A DNA stretch of 64,000 nt from Microbotryum violaceum (lineage: Eukaryota). Below the pieces are notes generated by a model that saw nothing but the letters and a program-made list of their open reading frames with translations, made no database searches and was not told the DNA's origin. The position numbers and the translations under genes are program-made. The stretch lies in contig CDLV01000004.1 of assembly GCA_001244265.2 (NCBI GenBank), forward strand, positions 2,976,001 through 3,040,000, read 5' to 3'. Below, one piece after another: positions 1-12,368 of the stretch (position 1 is the stretch's first letter; each line of letters starts with the position of its first letter).

Positions 1-14
1 TGTTCCAGTGCTCT

Positions 15-1151
15 GTGGCGTTGCGCAAATTTCATCTCGAGGTGATTGCCTACAAAACCAGTCGGGAGAAGCTACTTTCGACGGGTCGTGGCAAGGGAGG
101 TGCAAAGCTAGGTCAACGAGCGGTCAGCAAAGCTCGTGCTACAGACGGCAAGATTTATTCTGGCGCGGAAAAGGCTCGCAAGACGTACAAGAAGGCCGTT
201 GAGGCCTTCCGTCTCGCGATGGGATCAACACCTTCGAGCCTACTCAACAATCTCAGGATTTCCGACAGCTTGAAGTCTGCGATCGACCTCGATGAGACGG
301 ACCCGTTCTGGCAGGACGGCTTTTTCACGCACGTTGAAGCTGCTTGGGCTGTCAATCCTTGGGTCAAGCGAGGAGTAACAGCTGTGCGCGCCAAGGATCG
401 AGTCGGTGAGGAGAAAGCGCGGATCGGCGCCGAGGTGCGGCAAGCTTTGGCTTGGCTCGAAGATGAGAAAAATCGTCTCACTAATTGCCAGACACTTTGG
501 ACTAACGTGTCGGGTAAGTTTTCGACACGGCGTGCTCCATATCACCTCTTAGGTCGCCCTAACATCTTTCAAACCATCTCAACAGATACCCTTCCTGAAT
601 CCATCGACCCAGCTGATGCCAAGTCCATATTCGGCACTGAAGATGTTGAAGAGATCCGAGGCCGCGCGCTCATCCTACTAGATCGCCGGATGGAGCTTCT
701 GCAGCTGCGCGAATGTTCTTGGTCCCAGAACAACTATTTCTTCGATGTTTGGCTCAAGACTCGCGGGCAGTCAGAGGGCCATTCCGAGCCCATGCCTCCT
801 GCACTGTCAGAACTTCGTGGTTTACATCAACGATTGAACGCAACGGGAAGAGCTGTCAAGAAGGCAAAACATCACGAGCGACCTGTACATAATCGATCCA
901 GAACACGCGGTACTATGGAGAGATCTGGCCTCGACGACTCGGCGGGGCCTCCACCGCTGGCCCGTGACGTTCAGCAAGTGCGGGCCATTGAGGCACAAAT
1001 GGATATGAGCGACGGGGCTGAACTCGCAAAGGAGGTAGGGCCTCTCTCCGCACAACTCCTCGAGCAGGACGGTGAGATGGGCAGCTCTTCAAATAAAAGC
1101 TACGGCGATGACTTCGCTGGTCAGGAAGACGAATACTTCTCGGACGTTTAG
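15..1151 (+). CDS. KDZ transposase, C-terminal region (5'-partial; probable in-frame intron ~513-584)
   Basis: AVRAKDRVGEEKARIGAEVRQALAW...KSIFGTEDVEEIR is near-identical to 57865-58371(-), which is contiguous with KDZ catalytic motifs. Acidic C-terminal tail; GTAAGT...CAG intron signals. Confidence 0.7.
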   Translation: MALRKFHLEVIAYKTSREKLLSTGRGKGGAKLGQRAVSKARATDGKIYSGAEKARKTYKKAVEAFRLAMGSTPSSLLNNLRISDSLKSAIDLDETDPFWQDGFFTHVEAAWAVNPWVKRGVTAVRAKDRVGEEKARIGAEVRQALAWLEDEKNRLTNCQTLWTNVSGKFSTRRAPYHLLGRPNIFQTISTDTLPESIDPADAKSIFGTEDVEEIRGRALILLDRRMELLQLRECSWSQNNYFFDVWLKTRGQSEGHSEPMPPALSELRGLHQRLNATGRAVKKAKHHERPVHNRSRTRGTMERSGLDDSAGPPPLARDVQQVRAIEAQMDMSDGAELAKEVGPLSAQLLEQDGEMGSSSNKSYGDDFAGQEDEYFSDV

Positions 1152-1320
1152 ACCAGCTTTGTAAATTGAATTAGTGAAGCAACTTAATGTTGAAACAATG
1201 GAAATGGTGTTTGCAAACTATAGTCGTCTCAATTGCGGTGGGTGAGAGTAATAACACCGTCTTCTAGGAAGAAATATTGTCAGACCTAATCTCTGGGCTG
1301 CGCCTGCCTTACTAGGCTCC

Positions 1321-1865
1321 TGCCGGGTGACTTGCCGGGTGACTTGCCGGGTGACTTTTCAATCAAAGCGCATGCAATTGCTCGAGTACCTAGAATGTCT
1401 ACCACGTGAAAATGGGTGAGTGGGTTCTATCACTATAGAGAATGTATCTCTTACCCTCGGACAGGGTTGAATAGCAAAGTTGGCATGTGCGTGCAAGCCC
1501 TTCTTCCGAACAAGATGGCTCGGCGGTTTCCCTTACCAGTGCCGGGTGACTGTCCAATCAAAGCGCATGCAACTGCTCGAGTACCTAGAATGCCTTCCAC
1601 GTGAAAATGGGTGAGGGGGTTTGATCAATATAGAGAATGTATCTCCTACCTTCGGACAGGGTTGAATAGCAAAGTTGGCATGTGCGTGCAAGCCCTTCTT
1701 CCGAACAAGATGGCTCGGCGGTTTCCCTTACCAGTGCCGAAGGTCATTTCAGTCAAAACACATGCAACTGCTCGAGTACCTAGAAAGTCTACCCCGTGAA
1801 GATGGGTGAGTGGGTTCGATCATTACAGAGAATGTATCTTCTTCCGAACAAGACGGCTGGGCGGC
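1321..1865. repeat. 12-bp tandem repeat x3 followed by 195-bp tandem repeat x~2.6
   Basis: TGCCGGGTGACT at 1321, 1333 and 1345. Units 1345-1539, 1540-1734 and partial 1735-~1865; the near-identical ORFs at 1416 and 1611 are offset by 195. Confidence 0.9.
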
Positions 1866-3363
1866 TCACTCTCTCTGAGAATTCCCGCTCGAAGGACTCG
1901 ACTTTCTGCCATGTCGCGGCCAAAGAACCTTTGCACCAATCCCCATCCCTGCTACTGAGACTTGCGCCTGTTTTAAGAAAAGCTTGGTGTCAACAAGTCT
2001 ATGCTTGACGGGAAGTCGGAGATCGTTTTTCCTCACCTCCTAGACTGCGCACACCGGTGACGAACAAGACCTTTCATGGCGTCAAATCAATTAGATCCGC
2101 GCATACAGCAATCAGAGATGACGATGATGCAACTATAACCCTTAGTTAGGAGCTTCAGGAGACCCATCCGGGAAGTCAGGTCAACCATTAGTGGACCGCT
2201 CGATGCTGCGACACTCTTCGGACGGCTCTCATGGCCGACAATACATCAGAGCCCGGGTAATATCATAGAGTCATAATCTGAGAACATGCCTAACTCGAAG
2301 ATCGCGATGAGAGCTGAATGGCCTCATACCGCCGAGTCTTTGTACATTCGGATTCACCAGAAATGCCACTGACAATTCATCTTAATGCGGCGAACTTAAT
2401 GCAAGAATTCTCTCTGCTTTGAGCACTTACCATGTGGTCTGAGGATTGGCGGCCTATCTCATTGACGAGAAGGAATGTTTCTCAAGTAAGAGGTAGGTAT
2501 GAGCGGCCCTTCGAGAACTTTCCAGTTTCAGACGCTTTCAAGTCAGCCGCCAGGTCGGCTGCCGATTTGCCACTGCATCGATTACTGTGTCTCGGAGTCA
2601 ATTGGGCTTTTTGGCCCAAAAGCCTGTTACAAGCCTAAGCCTTCCATGTTCTCACCGAATGTATTATCGAGTACGACCCGCCTCTCATCAAGCACGTATT
2701 TCGTCGCTACTTCGCTACTTACGACTGATTTCCTACGTGTTCCGCTCCGCTTCATTTGCGCGTTCAGGCTCAGCTTCTTCTAGGAGCGCGCGCCGCTTGA
2801 AGTCAATCGGCCGGGGGTCGTCACCGTGGCCCAGCAGTTCTGATTGGCACTTTGGCGAAGACCGAGCCCGGCCAGATGCAACCCTTGCCCGTTCACTTTA
2901 GTGCTGATAGATGATAAGAAGATGCTAACATACACTGCAATTTGTGGAATCGCGTTGCGAATTCTGTTCAATCATTCTTTGCTCAAAGAGTCACTTCCGG
3001 AAAGCAGACGCTCCGTCTGGACCACGGATCAGGGAGCACTCCATTCTCACTGGGCAATTCAACTCTACATAACACTTCGGAAACAAAACAGAACAAGAAA
3101 GATGATGTTTGTGAGCAGGATTACGTCACTGGCACATCCCACGTCAACAAGGAGAGGTCGGTCTCGAGCGGCCCAGGGGAAGGTTAGGCACGAAGGGCCA
3201 ACGAACAATAACCCTCTCCGCCTTTAGTCACCAAGAGCCGGATGCATATGAAGGAAAACTATGACATAGCGACTGTGGTGGCCTGTGTTGTCCAACGAAT
3301 TCTGGCCCTTCAGCATGCGCGTCGACGAGTCCGGCTGGCCCTGAGCGCTCGGCCATCGTCACC

Positions 3364-5009
3364 TCACTCGCTGTCCTCGTCGGAGCTCGTGTTCCGAGTT
3401 CGTCGGTCAGCATCGCTGTCGCCACCTTCATCGCCGTCGGCCATTGCCTGGTCGGCATTTGACCCGATTACCTCTTCCTCCAGCATGAAGCTCAGCTCGC
3501 CTGCACGCAGCAATGGGATGATCCGATCCAGGTCGGGTCCCAACAACTTGAGCTTGCCACTCGGGCTTCGAAAATCCGCTTTGCGAAGGAGCGCGCCGCG
3601 CTGAACAATGATTCTGGCGTTGTCCCGGAGGGCCTTTACGTTATAGACGAACTTGGGCGATTGGATTTTCTCGCCGTCTAGTACGGAGCGTCGGCACAGC
3701 GCGGACTCTGAAGACAGTGAGCCGGGTCAAGATTAGGCACCGTGTATGGAAGAGTAGGCAGGCTGCACTCATTGTACTCACGGAACAATTCCTTGAGGAT
3801 GAGGCTGTACCATTGGCATTTGGTCTCAACGTTCTTGTCGGCCACGGGTGCGTTCCAAGCTGTGAGCAGACATTCGCGATACATCAATTGACCTCTACTA
3901 GCTGTTGCCCTTTCCTGAGATCCGGTAAAATCTCGCCACTCACCGGCGCTGACAATGCCGGCCCGCTTGTCTGCTATAATCGCTGTGCCTGCGACGCAAT
4001 GCGCAAAGTCGCGGACCAGCGGTCCCTGCTCCTTGTCGGCCCAACCCTGTCGAAGCGCAAACGCCGCCCCGCCCACGGAAGCGACCACAAAGTGCTCTTT
4101 GTTGGTCTCGGGTAAATTCGAGGAGGCGATAGCAAACATCTCGATGCCGTAGTTGTCCGAAAAGATATTGGCCTTCCGAAAAGGGAACGGTGAAGAATCG
4201 ATAAGCAAAAGGGCCTCCGATCTGAAGCTTGGACTCAGAAGGACTCTCACCAAGGATGTCAAGGATGCTTGCAGTCCCTGCCTCGCCTTTTTGATCATGG
4301 CCAGGTTCTTCTGCTTCGAGGCTGCGGAGCCGATGCAAGGTGGGCCGCTCGAAGCGGTGGATCCGATGAAAGGTGCGCGGCCGCATCGTCCTCGGCCTGC
4401 TCCAATGCAAGAGCCGCGAGACACTCCGCCTTCTCAGCCTCACTGCTGCAGATTCTGTTCCAATACACGCGCGCTAGGTCCTTCCTTTGCATCAATTTGG
4501 TTGGAACTGAATGTATTTCTAGAATGCATTGCTCAGCGTTGAGTTGGTCAGGATAGACGAGAAGGCCGAAGTTGAAGCGCTGGCTTACCGGTATGCCCGT
4601 CGTTGATCAGAAGCGCTGCAAAGAATCGACTTTTCTGAAAGTCGTTCCATGGGTTGCTCGCCGACAGCCGGCTAACGGGCGAAGTGACCTGTCTCAAGTC
4701 GTCCGGCCGAATCTTATTCTCGATGCAGTATTCGAATTCTTCGTACAACCTCTGCACAGCCCACGCCTTATGTTGTTCTCGTTCCGTCTTGTTGGGGTTG
4801 CGCGTATCAGCAGAGTACGCCTGCTCGTATAGCTCCTCCGGCAACAGCCTCTTCGCCGGCGTCCAACTTGCTGTCCTCCGCTCGGTCGTCGAAGCCGGGA
4901 GCTTTTGCGGTGCATTGGATGGTATTCCGGTCGGAGCGAACTGGTAAGGTGCTGTGGAAAGAAACGACTGATGGACCATCGAACCGCCGGCACCGTCCTC
5001 TGCAGACAC
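3364..5009 (-). CDS. Multi-exon protein of unknown function inside the KDZ element (NPWNDF motif, helical, acidic tail); start uncertain, possible frameshift ~4330-4380
   Basis: Collinear minus-strand ORFs 4548-5009, 4295-4495, 3678-4424 and 3364-3546, with GTAAGC/GTGAGA donors and YAG acceptors between several of them. Confidence 0.55.
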
Positions 5010-6679
5010 TGACTGCGGGGACGCTCGCGGGTGGTTCAGCGATGCGCGGCCTGCCTCCTCGTTTTGGGAAACTTGTGCGGCCCGCGACGTTTGGCGATTG
5101 TGAGCGGAAGGCTAAGTAGTATTTGGCAAACCTGCCGCGTCAAAGACAATACCCGTGCTGTCGGAATTGTTTCCTCCTTGTTCGACCATACTTGCGATGC
5201 TTGCGAAATTGTTGCTTGTTGGCGGAGCTAGATATGGGCCATCGATGCGTCCAGGATCGGGGAACGTGGGACGGTAAACTGGTTGATTGGACGAAGCAGA
5301 TCCCGGAGACGATGGATAGTTGTACGACGCAGGATTCGAGATGGCCGTTACGCCAGCGGAAGTAGACGCTGGATCGGGTGCACGACGGTGTAACGTCAGA
5401 ACAGACCGATGCTATACGCGATCGACGCGACGGCCACCCACGGACCCGAATAGTCGTTATATGCGGACTGATAGGGAGTCCAAGGCAAGGTACACGACTC
5501 GTACCTAGAGGTAGCTTCTGAACCTATGTGTCAGATGTGATCGTGAGCCGGTAGTCCAGGCAGAGCACCCGTGTCGATCGGCGGCAAACATACTGCTGTT
5601 CATCGCCGGAGCGCCAAACGTTGGCTGCGGTTCGGGAGGTGGTTAAGTTGATTGATTGGATTGACTCATCATGGTAGGAGCAGCAGAAGTACGATTGATC
5701 CGGTGTTTCGAAGCGGGCGCTCATTTCAGACTGTCGCAAGGTCACGGATGCTCGTTTCTAGTTCGTTACTTCGTATACGTAGTAGGGGGCGATTGAGCAA
5801 AGCAAAAGAATGGGCGGTATGCGCGAGCGCGACGCGTCGCGGCCCTCTCCAGCGTCTCCGGAGTCGTGACGCGTCGACGTCCCGGCCAGTCCCGGCCCCA
5901 ATTGTTCCGCGCGACCCGTGCCGAATCACGTGTTCGAGGTAGAGCTCTTGTCCAGCTTGCAGAGGACAATAGTAACGCTCAAAAATATGCAAAAATCCGA
6001 ATGCACTATTACTCGCCGACTGTGCCTTTTTTTCTGGGTTTTCCACCGAGTTATAGTGGGAGTGAACGTCTCGGTAGCTCGACATCGAGGTGGGCATACC
6101 TCAACGGGGCCAAGTCGGCGCCCTGGGTAGCAAGGGTACACCCGCTGGGGCAGTGACTTGAAAGGCACTTGAGGGGGCGCTGCGCGCGCACCTGTTTAGG
6201 CGCATTTTTTATGTTTGCCCGAGGTGTTGGGATCACATCGATGCGGACTTTGGGATCACATCCGAGGTCATTCTTGTACCACGTTCATGGGGACTTTGGT
6301 ACCACATAGTATAGACGCCTGTATCTCTTGCAATGTGTGATGTATCACTCTGGGAACAGTAGTTTGATGCATGTATAGGTCTATAGTACTTCTGGCCGGT
6401 GAGACGAAGCGGACGAAGCAGTAGCTACTACATCGATGTTCTGCCCCGCCTGGCCTCTCCGCGCACGTGGTGTCAGCGGTACGGCGCCCGAACCGCCAAG
6501 GCCGACACTCCCGAACGTGATTGCGCCGACTCGGATTAGACCAGAATTGGCACCGGTCCCTCGCTTCTCTCATCCATGAAGAATAGTTTATAGAGATCGA
6601 GCGAAGATACAGATTCTAATAAGTCACGCTTCGACATCGGCGGACTTTTGCTTGTGTGATCATTGCAGTTGAACGATAT

Positions 6680-7100
6680 TTAAACGGATTCATATGTAAA
6701 AACTTGGCTCGCTTTACCTCTCCTTTTCTTAGTGCAGCTGCTCAAAGCGAACAAACCAGTTGTCAGCTCTTTCTTGGTATGATAAAATATTAGACTGTAC
6801 CTACTTCGAGCATGGATGACCTAGATCACACTTCAACTTTCGGTCTCGACACTGCGAGCAAGCTTTCCGCCGACTGGAGCTCGGCGTCACGCTTTCCGCT
6901 GCCGAATGACGCCGTTTGCTGGGAGTAACAACAGCGGAAGGGCTACTCTCTTGAGGAACCGCAGAGTACTTGCATTTCTTTGGTAAGTGTTCGATATCGC
7001 GCGCGGCGAATACTGGCGAAAATGAAGGAAAGGCGAGCGTTGGTCGGTTTAGGGGCGAATTGGATTGGTCCGATGCAAGACGAGTTCGTGCTGTCGACAT
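6680..7100 (-). CDS. Small Zn(II)2Cys6 (GAL4-type) binuclear-cluster protein; sixth Cys apparently replaced by Phe
   Basis: RRKACSQCRDRKLKCDLGHPCS, then intron (GTAGGT...GCTGAC...CAG, ~6804-6739), then CTKKRRGKASQVFTYESV*. ATG at 7100 (MSTARTR). Confidence 0.65.
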
Positions 7101-7639
7101 GTTGTTTCCTTGTACAGATCCCACGTGTGACAAACCGCCAGGTTGTGGGTGCTGGATAATGACTGTGTCAGCAGAGGACGAAACATTCCTTGCAAGTCTC
7201 GACCCCTCGAAGGTTACGGATCTCGTAGACACAGGGGTGGAAACTAGAGCGGCGCAGACACGAAGAGAGGAAGGATCATTGAGTAACAATCTGGTATCAA
7301 GGGCACGAGCAAAGCCAAGAAGTTGCTTTTTCTGTCCTGGAACTTACTGTGATGTTGTGAGACTTCTTCCGCGTCGTCACTGCTGTAGCCTGCGCACGAA
7401 ACAATGGCCGGGTGATGAGATCAGGGGTGAGTCATTCCGAAACAAGGGACATGAGGAGAAGAGCAGAGCTCCATAGGACAATAGAGCATACAGGAGCAAT
7501 ATCCTATTCGAACTCACGAACGTGATCTCCAGGCTGTGTATTGCCAGGAGGCTTCCTGCTATCCATTGCGTTGTCTGGATCACGAGTAGCACACGAGACG
7601 GTTGGAGACTCCGGCGAGCCCGAAAAAACCAAGACGAGC

Positions 7640-10600
7640 TCATGTCGCATCGTAGACGAGAGTGCAGGGTGACATCCAACATATAGTCTCGAAGCTCCGA
7701 ATAAAATCTTCCCGGCTCAACCTGTGGGCCCCAGCTCCAATCGGGTTCCATTTTGGCGACTGCTGCGCATACCAGGGTTTCCATCGCTCGGCACACGAAC
7801 GCCCCACACGCGTTGCCATCAGTCTGTTGAGGATATCTATCCGGTTGAGGCTGATCGCCGGCCTTCGCCGCTTTGACAATCAATCGCTTCCAATTTCTGT
7901 ACGGGACCGTTGGTCGATCGATGCCTCCAGTGATGCGCTCTATCGGTCCTTCTGCACGAGTTTCCAAGAAAGTGATGATTGACTGGCAGGCAGAAAGGGC
8001 GAATGACGTCAGCAGCTGCGTAGAGTTTGAGTGCCTTTGAAAGTGCTTTGTGATGGTCATGGGGATGAACTCACATCGAGACTTTCGTTTGCCTCCTTGC
8101 ACATGCTCTCCCTGCCAAAAAGAGAGTCGTACACCCGAAATGTACAATCCGAAAGGCGTGCCTCGATAAGTATCCAATGATTGGTGACATGAGTTGGGAA
8201 GAGTAGAACTGGTGTTCGAGAAAGGATAATCTGGTAAAGGGGCAGCGCAAACGAAGAGGCAGGCCTCCTGTCAATAATGATAGAAAGATATGCTCGCGAA
8301 CTCCCATCCGAACTCACCCCCTACTGCCGCTCGGTTGGTCGAGTGCCTCCAATTCCCTTGGCGCACTTTCCTCCTTCGAGATAGAATGCGTAGGATGTTG
8401 GTTCAAGGTCAAGAACCTCTTTTGACCGACCATTGAAAGGCAATTGGCCTTGGAACCGATTGATAGCGCTGCTGAAAGCATCGATGTGCGAAGCCCTCAA
8501 CCACAAATTAGCGTTGGCCACTTCGCGCAAGGAGCTCAAGTTCAGACCTGGTGCGTGGTCGCCGGCGTGAATGTCCAGGAATACGTCCCAATCAACCTTC
8601 TGAACCTCGTTGGGAATGCGCTTGATAATGTCCTTAACGGCGGAAACATTGCTACGGCGCTCCTCCGGCTGAACTGTATCGTAGATGTCGAGTGGAAGAC
8701 GTCCTTCTTGTAACGGCGCGAGCTGGCATGGTGGCCTCTCGTCGTCGCTTAGTTCTTCCATGCCTATGACCTCGGGAATGGCCGCCATTCGCTTGGCAGC
8801 CGCGTGATCTTTGGTCGAGGATAAGCTGTTGGAAAATTTCGTCTCACGTGGGCGTCCACGGGTCTTCCCAAACTGAGTGGTTCCGTTCTCAAAGATGGTG
8901 TGTTTGGAAGTTTTTGGACGAAGCTGATCAGGATTGAGCTTGTCGCGTATCAAACGTCTAATTGCTGCCGTTGCTTTGCCATCGACTCTCCCCGAGTGCT
9001 CGAGCGTGACCCCTGAATTTGACTTCGATTTTGAGAGTTTCGGTTTGGCTGTCTTCTTGCTACCATGGGGTTGCAATGGCCGATTCCTGGCCGATCTGCC
9101 TGTGTGACAGAACAAGACCAGATTGGAACGAAAGTCTCCGTTCCGGCAAGGCGTTCACACATTGCTCACCTTTGACAGTTGAGCAGTTGGGCTGAAATTC
9201 AGCAACATCGGCTATATCGGCAGCGCGTTCGTCCTCGTCCTCGACGTCCGAATCCACCTCGTCGAGTTCGTCCTCTGACAAGGGCTCGTCTGGCTCGTTG
9301 TCGTCCTCCAAAGCCGATGGCATTTCAGAGTCCAATACTTTGTCGACCAAGGCTTCGACGGAGGCGTCGTGGAGCTTGCTTGATTTTGTTCCGTCCCGCA
9401 TGTCCGACCTTGCTTTTGCCGCTGCTGCTGCTGCCATGATGCGGTCTGCAAGAGAAATCCCACACCAATTGTCAGATTTTAGGCGTGTGAAGCCGCTACG
9501 AGGGTGATCAAAGCTTTCGGACGCACTCATCGCTGTGTGGTAGTCGCCATTGTGAACCAGCAGATCGCACGCCCAAAGATGAGCGCATTTATTTCCTGTT
9601 TGCTTGAATGCGCGACAAGGACAATAAGGCGCGCGAGTATCGAGAGTGATTGATGAATCCATGGATCTGAGTTTGAAATCCGAAGCATTCTCGCGTCAGT
9701 AAGGGCTTGGTAGCCAAGGCACTGGTACCCGTAAAACCTCACCGTAAACTAAGCACCCACTGGCCCTCCTTTTCGGTAGGGCGGAACTGTCCAAGCTCCC
9801 AGATGTCCATCGAATTTGCCAGAGTATCTCAAAGAACAGGTTTTGCATTCGATACGTTCTTCCAAATGTCATAAACTAGAGCACTGTTGGGTAAGACCAC
9901 AACGAGATTGTTGATCCTAGCAGGTGCAGAGCGCAAGCAGAATTGTCAGCTCTTCCGTCGAGATTCGCTCCTTGAGTCCGGTGCTACGCAATACCTCTTG
10001 TTGGCTCGGCCGTGGAGATGCTCTTGCTGGATGGTCTTGAAGGCTCGTTCAGTCACGTTGTTGGTGCTGATGGTTTCCCGTGAAACGCCAAGGGGTAAAC
10101 CATCATCTGTGTATGTTTCTTCAGAATTGTGGAAATGCGTGAGCCAAAAAAACTGTGAGAGAACACGTAAAGAAGGAATAAGTAAGACTCACCAATCCAC
10201 TCTTGTACAAACCAGTTGACATTGAAATACGCCCGAAAGTTATCCTTCTTTGCTTGTAATTGGTCTTCTTCTCGGCTGTTGCAACCCAGTTCCGACTTCT
10301 TGGTGACGTCTGATTTGTTTGCTGCTGGCTTGCGACGACTTCGGAACTCTTTGTCGATCCATGCGTCCAATTTTTCAAAGAACGCCCGCTTCTTCCCTTC
10401 GAACTCAGCCGAGCGCCGAGCTGTCGCCTCGGCATCTGTTTCATGCTCGGTGCGTATAAAACGAAAGCGCTGGATGATGGATCGAAATTCGTACAAAATG
10501 TTGATCAACGTCTTGCGAGCAATCCGAGAAGGCTTGACGGTGTTGCCCCTTTCGCCGTCATTCCTGTCACTCGACCACCGAATAATGGCCTGAAGCACGT

Positions 10601-12070
10601 GGAATTGGCAAAGGCGTATGTGAAAGTTGAGGTTGTGCTTTTCTTTCCCTATAGTAACGTAGATGCAGAAGACGACGATCATCAGGAATTCAAAATCGTG
10701 AGAGCAGTCTGCACATCTCATATAGTAGCCCTAGCAAGCAGCGGCGCTTACAGAGTGTCAAGGCGTTGAGCTCAGTCCGACATTTGTCGATCATGAAATT
10801 CGGTGGCTGCCACTGATTTTCCAAGATGAATTCGGCATTTTGGAGAAGATTTGGCAACCTGGGGGACGAGCCGGGTAGATTGGGCCCATTCTCACGAGCT
10901 TCTGAAGTACGCATGCAAATCGTCGACGGTACAGAAGGGCGTGAGCGACTCCTCTCAAAACTGTCGTGACGCGCAGCACACCCTGGTCAACCCATCTTAC
11001 AACGCACTCCTTACAAGGATCGCGGCGTGCTCCTCGACCAGCCTCTTTACCGTGTCCAAGTAGATGGCGAGAGTATCTGCCTTCACATCACTGGAGAGAA
11101 GCATAGGACCTGAAGAAGACAATACATAAGCGATGAAATGAGTCTTTGTACTCGTCCGGACCTTCCTTTCAAGTGCTTCCCGGGCTCTCACCTAGCGCAA
11201 GTTTGTCTTTCAAGTTAGTCGCGACGAGGGCGGTGAGGGGGGCGCGGTTCTCGTTCAGGTATCGCCAGCTTGAGTCAAGTCCAACAAACCGCGACCAATC
11301 GCCTGAATCGTTCCCAACTGTGGCGAAGGAAATTAACACGTCGATGGAGTGGAGGGAGGCAAGGACGCAGATCAACGGCTGCTTCGTTTTCTCATTAAAA
11401 GGTTGAAAGCTGACAAGGGTAAATACCTCCGTCGCTTGTTAGCTCATCAGATCGGCAAGCAGCTTAGATCGTGATCACTCACTAGGCCACTCCACGTGTC
11501 TCGGGCTCCGTTGCATTTTGAAGGGTGAACGGTCTCAGCTCAGCCATGCGCGGCTAGCGAGTACAAGGAGGATCCATGCTGCGCGTTCTGTCGACCTTTT
11601 GCCCTGAACATATTGCGCAGCTGCTTTGCGCCGACTTTCCTGTACTGCGGGAGAATGATCTCGTTCTGTTTCTCCCAGAACGACATCCGCTGGTTCATAT
11701 CTGTGAAATGATCGAGTCCATTATCGAGAAAGGAACTGATGGTCAGTCTTGAGAAGTGAAAACTAACTTCTTGCAAACTTGGAGCACACACTCACTTTGA
11801 AATGCAAGCGTGGGCGTGTTGGCCTGCCGAAAGACTTCCTGATGCGCCAACGCACGAATGAAAGGGGCTGGACGTCGGACGTTCGGCGGTGGTTGGCGTC
11901 CTTCATGGTTGCCGAGGGTGTACACCAGCGCCAATGAAAGATCGTCGGCCTGAACGAGGATCTACACAAGGGACGAAGAAGGTAACAGAGAGTCTTATCA
12001 GCCACCCAACCCAAGCTCCTTTGATTTCCTATCCGGGATGATCACCTTGAGTTGAGTAGAGCATGTTTTC
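7640..12070 (-). CDS. MULE-family DDE transposase with SWIM zinc finger and C-terminal Ulp1/peptidase C48 domain (multi-exon, some frameshifts)
   Basis: In order: C..LKV...NH (12060-11905), GLDSSWRYLNENRAPLT, FMIDKCRTELNAL, RLCQFH, STNNVTERAFK (~10040-10070), SWIM CPCRAFKQTGNKCAHLWAC (~9565-9625), Ulp1 WLRASHIDAF / NHWIL...VYDSL / QQTDGNACGAFVC. Confidence 0.8.
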
Positions 12071-12222
12071 CCGGGGTCCTTGTCATTGTCTCGTTTCTTG
12101 TATCAGAAGTCTGGATCCCGACTCAAGCAGTTGAGTACGAGCGCAAGATGAGGATGGAAGATAGATGGAGAAGGGACAGAGACGAGCGCCCGCAGGGCGC
12201 GCGACTTCAGCCGAATCCGACG

Positions 12223-12368
12223 TGTCAACCGGAACTCCATCAGGCGCTGGGATCTGGCAGGTGCAGAACGACGAATTGAGGAGGGATGAAGCTAGCTAGT
12301 ACGAATGAAATAGGGGCATGGAAGTGAATAGTATTAAGAGATAATAAGGTATGATTGGATTCTTGACA
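12223..12368 (-). repeat. 146-bp 3' LTR of a Copia element
   Basis: TGTCAA...TTGACA termini, preceded on the minus strand by a G7 polypurine tract (12369-12375) just after the ORF stop at 12391. Confidence 0.75.

Larger units (their letters stand above)
1..6226 (+). mobile_element. KDZ (Kyakuja-Dileera-Zisupton) DNA transposon, right part; left part outside the window
   Basis: ORF 15-1151 is homologous to the C-terminal part of the KDZ-motif gene at 57890-59930. The terminus 6144-6226 (...ATGTTTGCCCGAGGTG) is a close reverse-complement match to 57293-57375, and similarity stops at 6226/57293. Confidence 0.6.
6227..12222 (-). mobile_element. Mutator-like (MULE) element, 5' side interrupted by a Copia LTR; termini not resolved
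   Basis: Contains a MULE DDE transposase gene with SWIM and Ulp1 domains; bounded by the KDZ end (6226) and the LTR at 12223. Confidence 0.55.

Noticed and set aside
2040-3230. Additional gene (e.g. TET/JBP) in the KDZ element
   Set aside because: The minus-strand frame is riddled with stops and no 2OG-Fe dioxygenase motif was recognised.
6970-7476. Cys-rich plus-strand ORF
   Set aside because: Antisense to the Zn2Cys6 gene and without a recognisable cysteine spacing.
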